From positions 1 to 61,158 of the forward strand of contig JBIKUX010000016.1 of assembly GCA_044347345.1 (NCBI GenBank): DNA of 61,158 bases, written 5' to 3'. Each line of letters starts with the position of its first letter. Positions within the stretch are counted from its first letter, which is position 1. The notes under the pieces are model-generated. The model was not told the DNA's origin and searched no databases. It worked only from the letters and a program-made list of their open reading frames with translations. This DNA comes from Bdellovibrionota bacterium (lineage in GTDB: Bacteria > Bdellovibrionota_C > UBA2361 > JBIKUX01). The position numbers were made by a program, and so were the translations under genes. This document shows positions 1 through 9,555 of the stretch, piece after piece.

Positions 1-54
1 CGTAGTCAGAAAATCTGCAAATTCCGCCGTCTCTATTCGCGGATGGTAGCCCAT
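1..54 (-). CDS. 5' end of a gene running off the window; possible Y1/HUH (IS200/RAYT-like) transposase N-terminus
   Basis: ATG at 54 with GAGGAG (71-66) upstream; reads MGYHPRIETAEFADFLTT. The PR...F(L/I)T pattern resembles RAYT-like N-termini, but only 18 codons are visible. Confidence 0.35.
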   Translation of the reverse strand, partial: MGYHPRIETAEFADFLTT

Positions 55-180
55 ATACAATACTTCTCCTCGCTCATGTTTGAAGAAGTACTCGAATACA
101 AAAACAAAATGTTGCTAAAATAACTCAGAAAATAACTACTACTACGTCTCTGTGACTAAAAAGAGACTAAAAAGAGACGC

Positions 181-1401
181 TCAGAATGAGGTCCAATCGC
201 CTGGGCGCTCCTTGAAAGTTGAAAACCCTCCTACTCCTAAGTTGTTGAGTCCTTGATTAGCAGCGGCCACTAAACCCACAGGCTCCTTCCCTTCTGTTGT
301 ACCTGCTACTAAAGATGTGCCTCGTCCAAATGCAAAAACACGATCAGTAAAACGTGGCATAACCTCATCTTTATCGACACGCTGAGAAACAGGTACTTGA
401 TAAATCCCGTCAGACCCTAATGGATACGATGTGGCAGCTCGAATAAAACGATAACGTTTGATGCGGGATCTATGAAACTCATCTCGAACACGCAAAGCCA
501 CTACTGGATCTCCCGAGACGTTAACAAGCGCAAAGGTAAAGCGCTTTCTCTCATAGTTTGGCGATAATTTAATGGTAGACTCTCGCTTTCCGTTTCTAAC
601 TACATCAAGGTCTGTCGCGGCACTTCCAATCACATATCCACGTCCCCGCACTGAATAATAAGTAGGCCTATCAGCACGCTCTAAATGCTTGCGCACATAT
701 ACTTCGGTCAGAACTACATCAGCATAAAATGGCGGTGAATATTGCCTGCGCATATAAGCTGTACCCTGTACTACTAATGGAGCTAAAGAGATACCTCGCC
801 ATCTTTTGAATTCAGGCTCCTGCATACCCTCATCAATCATAGAATCACTGACGGCGATATCGAGTTGAGTTAAATAACTCAAATAAGCTTCAGCCGGCAC
901 GAGTTTTGCGTCACCTCGCAAAAAAGCAGTTAACGCATTACTGTAATTAATTAGCGAAAAGCGAGTCTTAGGATACTGACTCTCATTAAGTCGCTTAAAA
1001 AGTGCTACTATCTCCTTTTGTGCTCCCGAGACTAAGCTGCGTACTGATTTTTTCTTGAGGATTCGCCAAGAAACTGGTTCTGCACGCAACATTTCGCCTA
1101 TTTTGCGCCGATCTGGCGACAGACCTTCTAGGTCAACCTGTCCTTCAGGGAAGATTACATCACCATCCTCTGACTCTAACTCAAGAAGCACCTTTTCAAG
1201 ACGTTGGCGTGGCGACCTGACTGAGGAAGCCTTAGACGGCTCGTTAGATACAACTTCTTCTTTTTTTGCTTCACCAGAAAATGTCTTCCTAAAACTCAAA
1301 AGTTCGGGAATAAAGAAAAGGAGAGCCGCGATTACAATAAAAAACACGAGAGTAAGACCCCCACGCCCTGAAACTGATTCAGTATTTTCAGAGTGAACCA
1401 T
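181..1401 (-). CDS. hypothetical protein with N-terminal transmembrane anchor
   Basis: 406-aa ORF with hydrophobic segment LTLVFFIVIAALLFFIPELL and GAGAGG upstream; no family motif recognised. Confidence 0.7.
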   Translation of the reverse strand: MVHSENTESVSGRGGLTLVFFIVIAALLFFIPELLSFRKTFSGEAKKEEVVSNEPSKASSVRSPRQRLEKVLLELESEDGDVIFPEGQVDLEGLSPDRRKIGEMLRAEPVSWRILKKKSVRSLVSGAQKEIVALFKRLNESQYPKTRFSLINYSNALTAFLRGDAKLVPAEAYLSYLTQLDIAVSDSMIDEGMQEPEFKRWRGISLAPLVVQGTAYMRRQYSPPFYADVVLTEVYVRKHLERADRPTYYSVRGRGYVIGSAATDLDVVRNGKRESTIKLSPNYERKRFTFALVNVSGDPVVALRVRDEFHRSRIKRYRFIRAATSYPLGSDGIYQVPVSQRVDKDEVMPRFTDRVFAFGRGTSLVAGTTEGKEPVGLVAAANQGLNNLGVGGFSTFKERPGDWTSF

Positions 1402-1526
1402 TACCTCTCATCCTTAGCATAACAAGTTCTACCACCTTATCTACGTTTTCAATCACACTGTAGCAGGAGTAATAAGCAAAAATGCTCTATAAGTAAGAAC
1501 TTAATCGACAAACTAGCTAAAAACGA

Positions 1527-2564
1527 TCAACAAACCCGACGAGCTACTGAAGCTACCGAAGCTTCGGACAATCTGGGACCCACTTGAGTAATAACTTCAG
1601 CGGCTAGCAAACAACCTAACTCTGCCGCGTTCCGATCTGAATAACCTTGCTCAATACCCCATAAAAATCCACCAGCAAAGCTATCCCCAGCTCCAGTAAG
1701 GTCAACAGGATTACACGGTACTGCATTAACTCTAGTTTGCACGCCATTGCGTATGATACACGCTCCTTGTGCACCTAAAGTAACAGCCGCAAAAGGTACT
1801 AATTTTGCCAGCTGAGCTAAAGCTACATCAAGATTATCTGAATTAGTAAGTTCTAATGCTTCATATTCATTAGCAAATAGTAGATCTATAGACCCAAGAC
1901 TTGCGCTAATAATTGCCTTCGCAGATTTTACTACCCATGGATCCGAACAAGTAAATGCAATTTTAGCTTTTGCCGATTTAGCTCTAGATATAAGAGCCTT
2001 AGTTACCTCTTCTCCATGCCCGGGATTGGCTACTACATAACCCTCTAAGAATACCCACGAAGAACGGTCAATAATATTACTCTTTATATCTCGCTCATTG
2101 AGATGGAGAGAAGCTCCAAGATACGTACGCATAGTCCTCTCGGCATCAGGAGTTACACACACAACACACGAACCAGTACGCTCTTTCGGATGAGGCTCAA
2201 GTGGCATAAAGACGCCACAACGCTGGCTCTCACTACGATAAAATTCGCCGAGAGGATCATCTCCTACACAAGCAAGCATCGCCGCATAAGCACCATCTCT
2301 TCCATTATTTTTTCCGCATACTGCACTAACTTGAGAAAATGTAACGATAGAATTTGCAACACTACCACCATTTATCTTTTTCGGATCATAACTTTTAACT
2401 CTGCCAAGCAGGTCTCTTTGCTCTTCAAGCGATTGCATACCATACGAACTTTTTGCAAATTTAAGTTTCTCAAGCTCTTCGTCTGACAAGTGCACATAAA
2501 GGTCTACGATCGCATTACAGATTCCTGTCACACCAAAATGATGTTGATTATTTTCACTACTCAT
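1527..2564 (-). CDS. PfkB-family sugar/adenosine kinase
   Basis: GICNAIVD, GGSVANS, ERTMRTYLGA and PfkB signature DLTGAGDSFAGGFL. Confidence 0.92.
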   Translation of the reverse strand: MSSENNQHHFGVTGICNAIVDLYVHLSDEELEKLKFAKSSYGMQSLEEQRDLLGRVKSYDPKKINGGSVANSIVTFSQVSAVCGKNNGRDGAYAAMLACVGDDPLGEFYRSESQRCGVFMPLEPHPKERTGSCVVCVTPDAERTMRTYLGASLHLNERDIKSNIIDRSSWVFLEGYVVANPGHGEEVTKALISRAKSAKAKIAFTCSDPWVVKSAKAIISASLGSIDLLFANEYEALELTNSDNLDVALAQLAKLVPFAAVTLGAQGACIIRNGVQTRVNAVPCNPVDLTGAGDSFAGGFLWGIEQGYSDRNAAELGCLLAAEVITQVGPRLSEASVASVARRVC

Positions 2565-2589
2565 GAAGCATTACTCCTTCCCTAGCTCC

Positions 2590-3837
2590 TTAATGTCGCT
2601 TTAACACCTTATTCCATGCTTCCGCCAAGACCGTCGAAACGCCCATAATTTCGGCAAGACGGCTTATCACCTCATCAACTATTGAATCTGGTGTGCTCGC
2701 TCCTGCGCTTAGCAACACCCTCAGAGGACGCTTTTCAGGAAGCCATCCTGTAACAATCTCAGATTTACTTTTACCAACACCATAATTAGGAGGAATGCAC
2801 TCAACTAACTCATTTGAACATAGAAGACTTGCGGCTTCTTCAATATGAAAGGTTCTCAATTTTTTCCGGCAAAGTGCTGCCAAATGCGCCGTATTTGAAG
2901 AATTAAAACCACCTACCACAAGGGCAAAATCTCCATTGTGTTCTAATAATGCTTCAATCGATCTTTGATTTTCAGATGTCGCGTAACATAAAGTATCACG
3001 AGTGTCAGCAAAGTGATCTGCGACAGTATCCTCACCATAGCGAGACGAAAGACAGTCACGTAGATAAGCTGAAATAGCTTTAGTCTCTTCTGCTAGCATG
3101 GTAGTTTGATTCACTACACCAAACTTTAAAAGATGTACCGAAGGGCAAAAATTAGAGCTCATCCGTCCTTCAAAAAAATTGTAGATTTCAAACTCTTCGA
3201 TATTACCCAAAATAAATTCCCCAAGCAGTCTAGCCTCTGCTTGGTCTCTAATGATTATACAAGGAGCTGTTAACTCTGCATGAGAAAAAGTAGCACGAGT
3301 TTCCTCATGATAATGCTTCCCATGAATTACTACTGCAAAGCCACGTCTACCTAATTCTTGAGCGCGTCGCCAAACTTTTTCAACGAAAGGACAAGTAGCA
3401 TCATATAAGACTACTGTTGTTTTTCTTTGCTTTATAAGCTCTACCAATGAAACTGGCGCTCCAAATGCTGGAAGAATCACAACCGCATTGGAAGGAATCT
3501 CCTCGATAGGTATAATCGCAGTGCCATCAGTCTCAAATAAAAACTTAACACCTTTTGATAATAAATCATCATTAACACGCTGATTATGTATCATCTGGCT
3601 CAGAAGATATAAAGGCTGGTTTGGATGGTCAGCTATAGCTCGGTAAGCAATTTCAACAGCATTTTCTACCCCAAAACAGAAACCAAAATGGCGAGCCAGC
3701 AATATAGTTACCTGCCCTAAATCTAGTTCAAGAGGAGTAAAACTTCGTGTGCGCCCATCAGATTCATGACGAATGCGCTTCCAAGTACCAATAGTATCGG
3801 CTTTAAACTGAAAAGGTGTATCAAACTCTCGAGGCAT
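2590..3837 (-). CDS. ispH: 4-hydroxy-3-methylbut-2-enyl diphosphate reductase (long form)
   Basis: Three Fe-S Cys motifs (FGFCFGV, DATCPFV, DTLCYAT), plus HEETRAT, VVNQTT, VGGFNSSNT and AGASTP. Confidence 0.96.
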   Translation of the reverse strand: MPREFDTPFQFKADTIGTWKRIRHESDGRTRSFTPLELDLGQVTILLARHFGFCFGVENAVEIAYRAIADHPNQPLYLLSQMIHNQRVNDDLLSKGVKFLFETDGTAIIPIEEIPSNAVVILPAFGAPVSLVELIKQRKTTVVLYDATCPFVEKVWRRAQELGRRGFAVVIHGKHYHEETRATFSHAELTAPCIIIRDQAEARLLGEFILGNIEEFEIYNFFEGRMSSNFCPSVHLLKFGVVNQTTMLAEETKAISAYLRDCLSSRYGEDTVADHFADTRDTLCYATSENQRSIEALLEHNGDFALVVGGFNSSNTAHLAALCRKKLRTFHIEEAASLLCSNELVECIPPNYGVGKSKSEIVTGWLPEKRPLRVLLSAGASTPDSIVDEVISRLAEIMGVSTVLAEAWNKVLKRH

Positions 3838-3888
3838 TTTATGTAAAGACCTTCTTCAAACTACTATGCGACCACTTTAAACATAATG

Positions 3889-5673
3889 TTACCAAATAAC
3901 TGAGGTACTGGGTAAGCGCCATCTGAGACTTGGAAACATCTCTTTCGGAACAGACCCGGAATCTCTTTGTAGCATACTATAATAACCAACCTGAACACCT
4001 AGCCATCTAGTATCCTCAGATGTCAAAGTCTCTGATGGTCGCCATGGGCTAAGAACACGAATGATGATCGGAGAAAAAGCGCCAGAGATCGATTGGTTAA
4101 GCCGATTCGAATCACACGGCACACGCACCTCAGTCCATACTCCCGGGAAAAGTGTTTTCTTTAAATTAGCCACCATTACAACAAAATTTCCTTTAGGATA
4201 TCCCGAGCGAAGAAATAAGTGCGAAATGCCATCGCCACTACAAGGAAGCCAAACTACAGCTCTAGCACTGGTCCATCGATAAAACCGTCCTTGATCTGAC
4301 TCCCAATCAAAAAATCCACGATCTTTACGAAATTCATACCAAATAACACAAATAATCAGGGAGAACGTGACTATAAATGACCCTACAGAATATCTACGAG
4401 TAAATGACCTAGCCACTAAAGGAGAAAGTAGCACGGCCGCAGTCATACTTACCTCTGTAAAAGAAAGATGAGGCCCAACAATTAGAAGCACCAACAACAA
4501 AAGCGCAGCTAACCGAGATTCTTTAATAACACCTGTGCTATCAACAAGACTCACCTCTTTTGATTTACCTACAAGCTGCCAAATTAAATATCCAAATAAG
4601 CAAGCACCAACAATACCCTGTTCCGCAAGAGTTCCCAAATAGAAACTATTAGAGTTATCTAGCCAACCTTTTAAGTCGATTCCAAGCATCTGAGCATAAG
4701 CCGGAAGTTCTTGTCGAAAAGTTCCAAATCCAACACCGAAGAGTGGCGACTCATACCACATACGTATTGCAATCTGCCAAAAAATTCCCCGACTCGACCA
4801 AGCTTGAGCTGCAGTACTCCAATTAAACGTTTCAATCAACCTAACGACACTTGTAGGTATCCAAAAAGGTAAATAACTAGGATGTACAAATTGTACAAGA
4901 ATAAGAACAAGGCTTACTAGGATGACCAAAAGTGATAAGATAATTAAATTGGTAGAATATCTAACTGAAATTCTCTTTCTGATTAGACTCACAAGTCCAA
5001 TTAGAGCAACCACACTTAATCCCAGAAAAAAAGACCGAGATCCAGAAAGCATTGCTCCAGCAAATATCGGGAAAATAAAAATCCATCGCTTTGCTAAAAG
5101 AGGAAGAAGTAATGCCGCTGTCACACCTAAAGCATTTGGATCAGTGAAAGTACCGCGCATCCTATTTAAATGGAGCCAAAAAGAACCTAAAGAAAACGGC
5201 TCAGGTAAATCACCAAACCACCACTGAAGTAAAGCAATACACCCAGAAATCCCTGTACCAATCAAACTACCCAAAAGGTAGGGTTCACGAATATGCGGCT
5301 TCTCAGCAACTACTAACAATAATCCAAAAAAAAGCACCCACTGCGAGAACTCCTTTATGCTATCTCCCATAAGTTCTGCAGATGCCAAAGCCACAGATAG
5401 AATTGAATAGTTATCAATCCCCGTGAGCAAACAAAAGCGCACAAGAAGTATACCACCTATCCACTGTACCCAAGATAGATTGAGTACTTGTCGAAGCCAC
5501 TTAAAACCCTGATCAAAAAAAATCAAAACTCCGACGAGGGTGCTTAAAATCCACCAATGTGAATAACCTAAATTTATAATGATTCCAGGCAAAATAACTG
5601 AAATAATTCCAATAAATACATAAGAAAAAAGAACCCAATTTGATAAACTAAGAATGAAATTCATCCTTTTCAA
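3889..5673 (-). CDS. O-antigen ligase-family (Wzy_C) membrane protein with C-terminal soluble domain
   Basis: Many TM helices; RMRGTFTDPNALG, LSGSRS, PLFGVGFGTF, NSFYLGTLAEQGIVG; C-terminal RWTS...DTRWLGV domain. Confidence 0.85.
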   Translation of the reverse strand: MKRMNFILSLSNWVLFSYVFIGIISVILPGIIINLGYSHWWILSTLVGVLIFFDQGFKWLRQVLNLSWVQWIGGILLVRFCLLTGIDNYSILSVALASAELMGDSIKEFSQWVLFFGLLLVVAEKPHIREPYLLGSLIGTGISGCIALLQWWFGDLPEPFSLGSFWLHLNRMRGTFTDPNALGVTAALLLPLLAKRWIFIFPIFAGAMLSGSRSFFLGLSVVALIGLVSLIRKRISVRYSTNLIILSLLVILVSLVLILVQFVHPSYLPFWIPTSVVRLIETFNWSTAAQAWSSRGIFWQIAIRMWYESPLFGVGFGTFRQELPAYAQMLGIDLKGWLDNSNSFYLGTLAEQGIVGACLFGYLIWQLVGKSKEVSLVDSTGVIKESRLAALLLLVLLIVGPHLSFTEVSMTAAVLLSPLVARSFTRRYSVGSFIVTFSLIICVIWYEFRKDRGFFDWESDQGRFYRWTSARAVVWLPCSGDGISHLFLRSGYPKGNFVVMVANLKKTLFPGVWTEVRVPCDSNRLNQSISGAFSPIIIRVLSPWRPSETLTSEDTRWLGVQVGYYSMLQRDSGSVPKEMFPSLRWRLPSTSVIW

Positions 5674-6722
5674 TTGTGCCCCTTACTTGCAGACAGACTT
5701 GTCCTCTGGTGGCTACGATTAGGACCTTTTACAGCTTCACTACTGGTTCGTAAAATTTTTAAGTTACTGCTTTCATCTTTTAAGGGTTCTGAAACGCGCA
5801 CTCTCCGAGCAATTACCTTGTGATTGTTAGCACTGTAGTCAGCCAATCCACCACCACCACCACCACCACCAATAAATAAGCTCCAATCCTCAGATTTTAC
5901 TACTGACGACGGAGTAGCTAATTCTCCGCTAAGTTCGGTCATCGGAACAGCGAATAGGCTATTAGCAATCTGCGTTAGTTGTTCAGTCAGATGGGGAAGC
6001 TGTGCTATTCCAAAAAATCCAATGTTCGCTCGAATGTCCCCAATATAAGGAGTACCTAAAAATAAAGCTGAATTACTATCTGGAATATCTATATTTGGAA
6101 GATCGTATCCTCCTAAAGTGCGGATACCACTAGTATCGATATCCACATTGAAATTATTTTGCCGGTATACTCCATGGTGGAGTCCTAGATATCTCCCTTT
6201 TCGAAATGAAAGTAGAATGAGTTGCCACTCCTTCCCTGCTTCCTGAATATTTAAACCTGATTCCGTAATATCTGGAAATACCAACCATCCGCCTTTTCCC
6301 TCTTTATCTTGCCAGTATACTTCAGGTCGGATTGAGTTATCCTCTGCCTTTCTAAATGCGATTGCATAGCCCGGGTGAGGTGGGTACTTTCGATCGTATT
6401 TAACTAACAATATAGAACGACGACCGACAGAAATATCTCCCAATCGAAACCAGACCGCAATTAGAAAGTCCTTTGAGCTGCTCTTTGAAGGAACTAAAGA
6501 CAAATGATGGGGCACTTCAATATATGAACCCTGTCCTGATACTCTAATCTCTTGTTCAAAAAGATGTCGACCAAAACTACCGCCAGCCGGTGACAAACCT
6601 GCGTGCCGGCTTTGAAAACCTCCAACTATGCCAAATTGCCACAAGAACAAAATACCTATAAAAACAATGGCAACTAACCCAGCTACTACTGCTTGTTTAT
6701 TCCTCCAAGTCTCTGGAATCAT
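5670..6722 (-). CDS. membrane-anchored LamG/ConA-like beta-sandwich protein (putative)
   Basis: N-terminal TM; SYIEVPHH..L, DFLIAVWF, WQLILLSF and ADYSANNH resemble LamG_3 domains. ATG at 6722 overlaps the rplI 3' end. Confidence 0.55.
   Translation of the reverse strand: MIPETWRNKQAVVAGLVAIVFIGILFLWQFGIVGGFQSRHAGLSPAGGSFGRHLFEQEIRVSGQGSYIEVPHHLSLVPSKSSSKDFLIAVWFRLGDISVGRRSILLVKYDRKYPPHPGYAIAFRKAEDNSIRPEVYWQDKEGKGGWLVFPDITESGLNIQEAGKEWQLILLSFRKGRYLGLHHGVYRQNNFNVDIDTSGIRTLGGYDLPNIDIPDSNSALFLGTPYIGDIRANIGFFGIAQLPHLTEQLTQIANSLFAVPMTELSGELATPSSVVKSEDWSLFIGGGGGGGGLADYSANNHKVIARRVRVSEPLKDESSNLKILRTSSEAVKGPNRSHQRTSLSASKGHN
5848..5871. repeat. (CCA)8 trinucleotide repeat encoding Gly8 on the minus strand
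   Basis: Perfect 24-nt run; protein reads IGGGGGGGGL. Confidence 0.95.
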
Positions 6723-7239
6723 CTTCAACTATATTCTTTCGACGACGGCCCCGACGACTCTCTTGCTCCTCAGTATTAACTTCACTTTTTTTAGCTACTT
6801 CTACACCTACTGCAAGCTTTACCACCGCAACCACTTCAGGATGAAGCTTAATGGACACCTCATAGTTTCCTGCTTGCCTAACTGTTTCAGCTAAACGAAT
6901 CTGGCGACGATCTACCACTAGACCTTTCGACTGCAAAGCAGCTTCAACATCTTTTACAGTAATAGCACCGAATACCTTCCCTGATTCGTTACCTTTTAAT
7001 TGAAACTCAAGCGTGAGTCCTAAGAAGTCTTTTAAACGTTCGTCAGCCTCTTTTTTCTTCTTTTTCTTTTTAGCTGCAACTATTTCAATTACATGCTTAA
7101 TGGCACTGGCCCGACCAGAAGTTAACTCTACAGCTATACCTCGAGGAATAAGATAGTTGCGAGCGTATCCTCGCTTTACCACAACGCGATCCCCCACATA
7201 ACCAAGTGCCGGAAAGTCTTCCTGAAGAATTAATTCCAT
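6697..7239 (-). CDS. rplI: 50S ribosomal protein L9 (C-terminally extended)
   Basis: MELIL...LG..GD.V.VK.GYARNYLIP.G.A; GKVFGAIT; I(K)LHPEV. Confidence 0.97.
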   Translation of the reverse strand: MELILQEDFPALGYVGDRVVVKRGYARNYLIPRGIAVELTSGRASAIKHVIEIVAAKKKKKKKEADERLKDFLGLTLEFQLKGNESGKVFGAITVKDVEAALQSKGLVVDRRQIRLAETVRQAGNYEVSIKLHPEVVAVVKLAVGVEVAKKSEVNTEEQESRRGRRRKNIVEDDSRDLEE

Positions 7240-7301
7240 GATTAATCATCCATAAATTTGATAAACTGTTTCTTTCAAGATCAAAATCCTCTGACCTTCG
7301 A

Positions 7302-7757
7302 TCATCGCCCGAGGTAACCACCACCAAAATCGTTACCTAAATCGTTCCTCGCGAAGTCAGCTCGTTGAGAAAATCTAGAATCAGAAGGTACAACCATGGA
7401 GGCCGTATTCGACCTCAAACGATGAGTCTGAAACAACAAAATATCCTCTCTTAGACAAAGTTGTGCCCCTATATCATTTGATGTACTGCCACTATCTGAA
7501 CAATACTCAAAAGCAATATAATGCCCAGCCTTAGACCCCTTTACCTCAAATGCAAGCTCCTTTCTACCCCAATCAGAGACTCGAATATCACTGGCACCAA
7601 ATCGCTCAAGTATACTCTTAATGCTTCCTGTTGCGGCTTCAACTGATTGCGCCCCTTTAAGACTATCAGTGCTTAGAACAACAACAGTCTCATATTTTCG
7701 ATTCCTACCTTTGTTTTGGTTTGTGGATTCAGGATTTTTACTTCCCCTACTATTCAT
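7302..7757 (-). CDS. rpsF: 30S ribosomal protein S6
   Basis: RKYETVVVL, DWGRKELAFEVK, GHY; lies between pth and rplI. Confidence 0.92.
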   Translation of the reverse strand: MNSRGSKNPESTNQNKGRNRKYETVVVLSTDSLKGAQSVEAATGSIKSILERFGASDIRVSDWGRKELAFEVKGSKAGHYIAFEYCSDSGSTSNDIGAQLCLREDILLFQTHRLRSNTASMVVPSDSRFSQRADFARNDLGNDFGGGYLGR

Positions 7758-7827
7758 ACTGCCCTACCATTAATGCTTATCAATACCAATACTTATATTT
7801 AAAGTCTTTTATCTATTATAAAAATTG

Positions 7828-8631
7828 TTACCCAACGAAAGCTTTGCTGTTAAGCAACTGCTGACAAGTTTTCACTGCCGAGTCTTTACCTGATTCTTCT
7901 TTACCTGCTAATTTTAGCCAACATCTAATACCAGCACCTGCTCTTTCAAAAATTTCAGGTAACAGCCGTTCCTCATCTTGCGAAAACTTAGCGAGAACCC
8001 AAGAGGCCAGACTTACTGCACCATTCTCTTTTAATCCCTCCTTTACTCCACCATCCTCTGGCTTTTCAAGAATTTTTGCTTTTTGAATATTATCTGGTCT
8101 TCCCACACCTACCCGAAGTCGAATGTAGTTCTTACTTCCTAGAACTTCTGATATGGATTTGAGACCATTATGGCCAGCTTCTCCCCCACCTTGCTTAAGC
8201 TGAAGCCGACCAAAAGGTAAATCAACTTCATCATGAACTACAAGTAAGCGAGAAAAATCGTGAAGCCCTTTGTTATACCATCTCCATGCTGACCCAACGG
8301 ACTCTCCACTTAGATTCATAAAAGTCTGGGGTAGTAAAAAAACCACACCACAGCCGGAGGTTGAGCTACTACTCAAATTTATTGCATCTATACTACTTTC
8401 TAAAACTCGAGCTTGCCACCTTGTTCGCCATGAATCAATCGGATTTAACGTGCCCCCGCTACGACCCCTCTCGCTAAAAATTCTTCCTCCACTACTCCAA
8501 TCACTATTTTTGTCGCTTAAGCCTCCTCCATTCACTAGGAACTCAATTATCCTAAAACCTACATTATGACGAGTGTGATCGTATTGGACACCAGGATTTC
8601 CAAGCCCCACTATCATCACTTTTTCTGGCAT
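7828..8631 (-). CDS. pth: peptidyl-tRNA hydrolase (with loop insertions)
   Basis: IVGLGNPG..Y..TRHNVGF, PQTFMNLSG, VVHDEVDLP, GHNGLKSI, RLRVGVGRP. Confidence 0.97.
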   Translation of the reverse strand: MPEKVMIVGLGNPGVQYDHTRHNVGFRIIEFLVNGGGLSDKNSDWSSGGRIFSERGRSGGTLNPIDSWRTRWQARVLESSIDAINLSSSSTSGCGVVFLLPQTFMNLSGESVGSAWRWYNKGLHDFSRLLVVHDEVDLPFGRLQLKQGGGEAGHNGLKSISEVLGSKNYIRLRVGVGRPDNIQKAKILEKPEDGGVKEGLKENGAVSLASWVLAKFSQDEERLLPEIFERAGAGIRCWLKLAGKEESGKDSAVKTCQQLLNSKAFVG

Positions 8632-8747
8632 ACAAAGGATTTAAATAAGCCTTTTTTATCCAAGCCGTATTCCATAATTTAAACGTGACCTTTAAAATTC
8701 ACGAAAAATTACGTTTTTACTACAGATAGAAGCTCTCTTTAACATTA

Positions 8748-9353
8748 CTACTTCTTCTTAACCTCAGTAGTGGCGGGAGTAGCTTCATCTGCACCACGAA
8801 CAGCGGCAACCGTAACTATCGTCTCTTCAGGATATTTAATCTCAATCCCTTTAGGTAATACTATATCGCTCGCATGAAGACTCTGCCCCATCTGTAAGTT
8901 AGAAATATCTAGGTTTAAATATGGCGGAATATCAGAGGGGAAACATGAGACTTCCACCGTATGAGAAACAAAAGAAAGAACTCCTCCCGATAGCTTAACT
9001 CCAGGTGCTTCACCATTCAAATGCACCGCTACTGTAAAGTGCTGTTTTTCATCTTCTCTGAGAGCATGAAAGTCAACGTGAACAACTTCTCCGGTGCAAT
9101 AATTTTTCTGTACTTCTCGAACCACAGCTCGCTTGCCATCAAGATTCTTTGATTGGCTCTTTAATTGGAATAACTGAGACCGGTTCGACTGTCGCGCCAT
9201 CAAAACAAAAGGTTTTTTTTCAACCTGAACCGATACAGCGGTGCCACCCTTTTGATAAACTATCGCCGGAATATAGCCAGCGGAGCGTAATCTCCGCAGT
9301 TCCCCTTTACTCAATGTTTTTCGCTCTTCTATATCTATAGTAAATGCTTCCAC
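8748..9353 (-). CDS. rplY: 50S ribosomal protein L25/CTC
   Basis: RRLR..G.IPAIVY, HVDF, GVKLSGGVL, LDISNL..GQSLHASDI; follows prs. Confidence 0.96.
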   Translation of the reverse strand: MEAFTIDIEERKTLSKGELRRLRSAGYIPAIVYQKGGTAVSVQVEKKPFVLMARQSNRSQLFQLKSQSKNLDGKRAVVREVQKNYCTGEVVHVDFHALREDEKQHFTVAVHLNGEAPGVKLSGGVLSFVSHTVEVSCFPSDIPPYLNLDISNLQMGQSLHASDIVLPKGIEIKYPEETIVTVAAVRGADEATPATTEVKKK

Positions 9354-9555
9354 GTTGTTAATTCCCTAATCGTTAAACATACTCACTGGTGCAATGGGTG
9401 AGGTCATCGGTTGCAATGGTAAGCTAATCACAAAACTTAATCACAAAATTTATCAAAAAATATTTTGCGATATGAGATTTCTCTCAAATTGATGGTGATG
9501 TTCCCACTAAGTACCACTTAAAGTAAAGTCCTCCACGGCACGGCTTAGCTAAATT

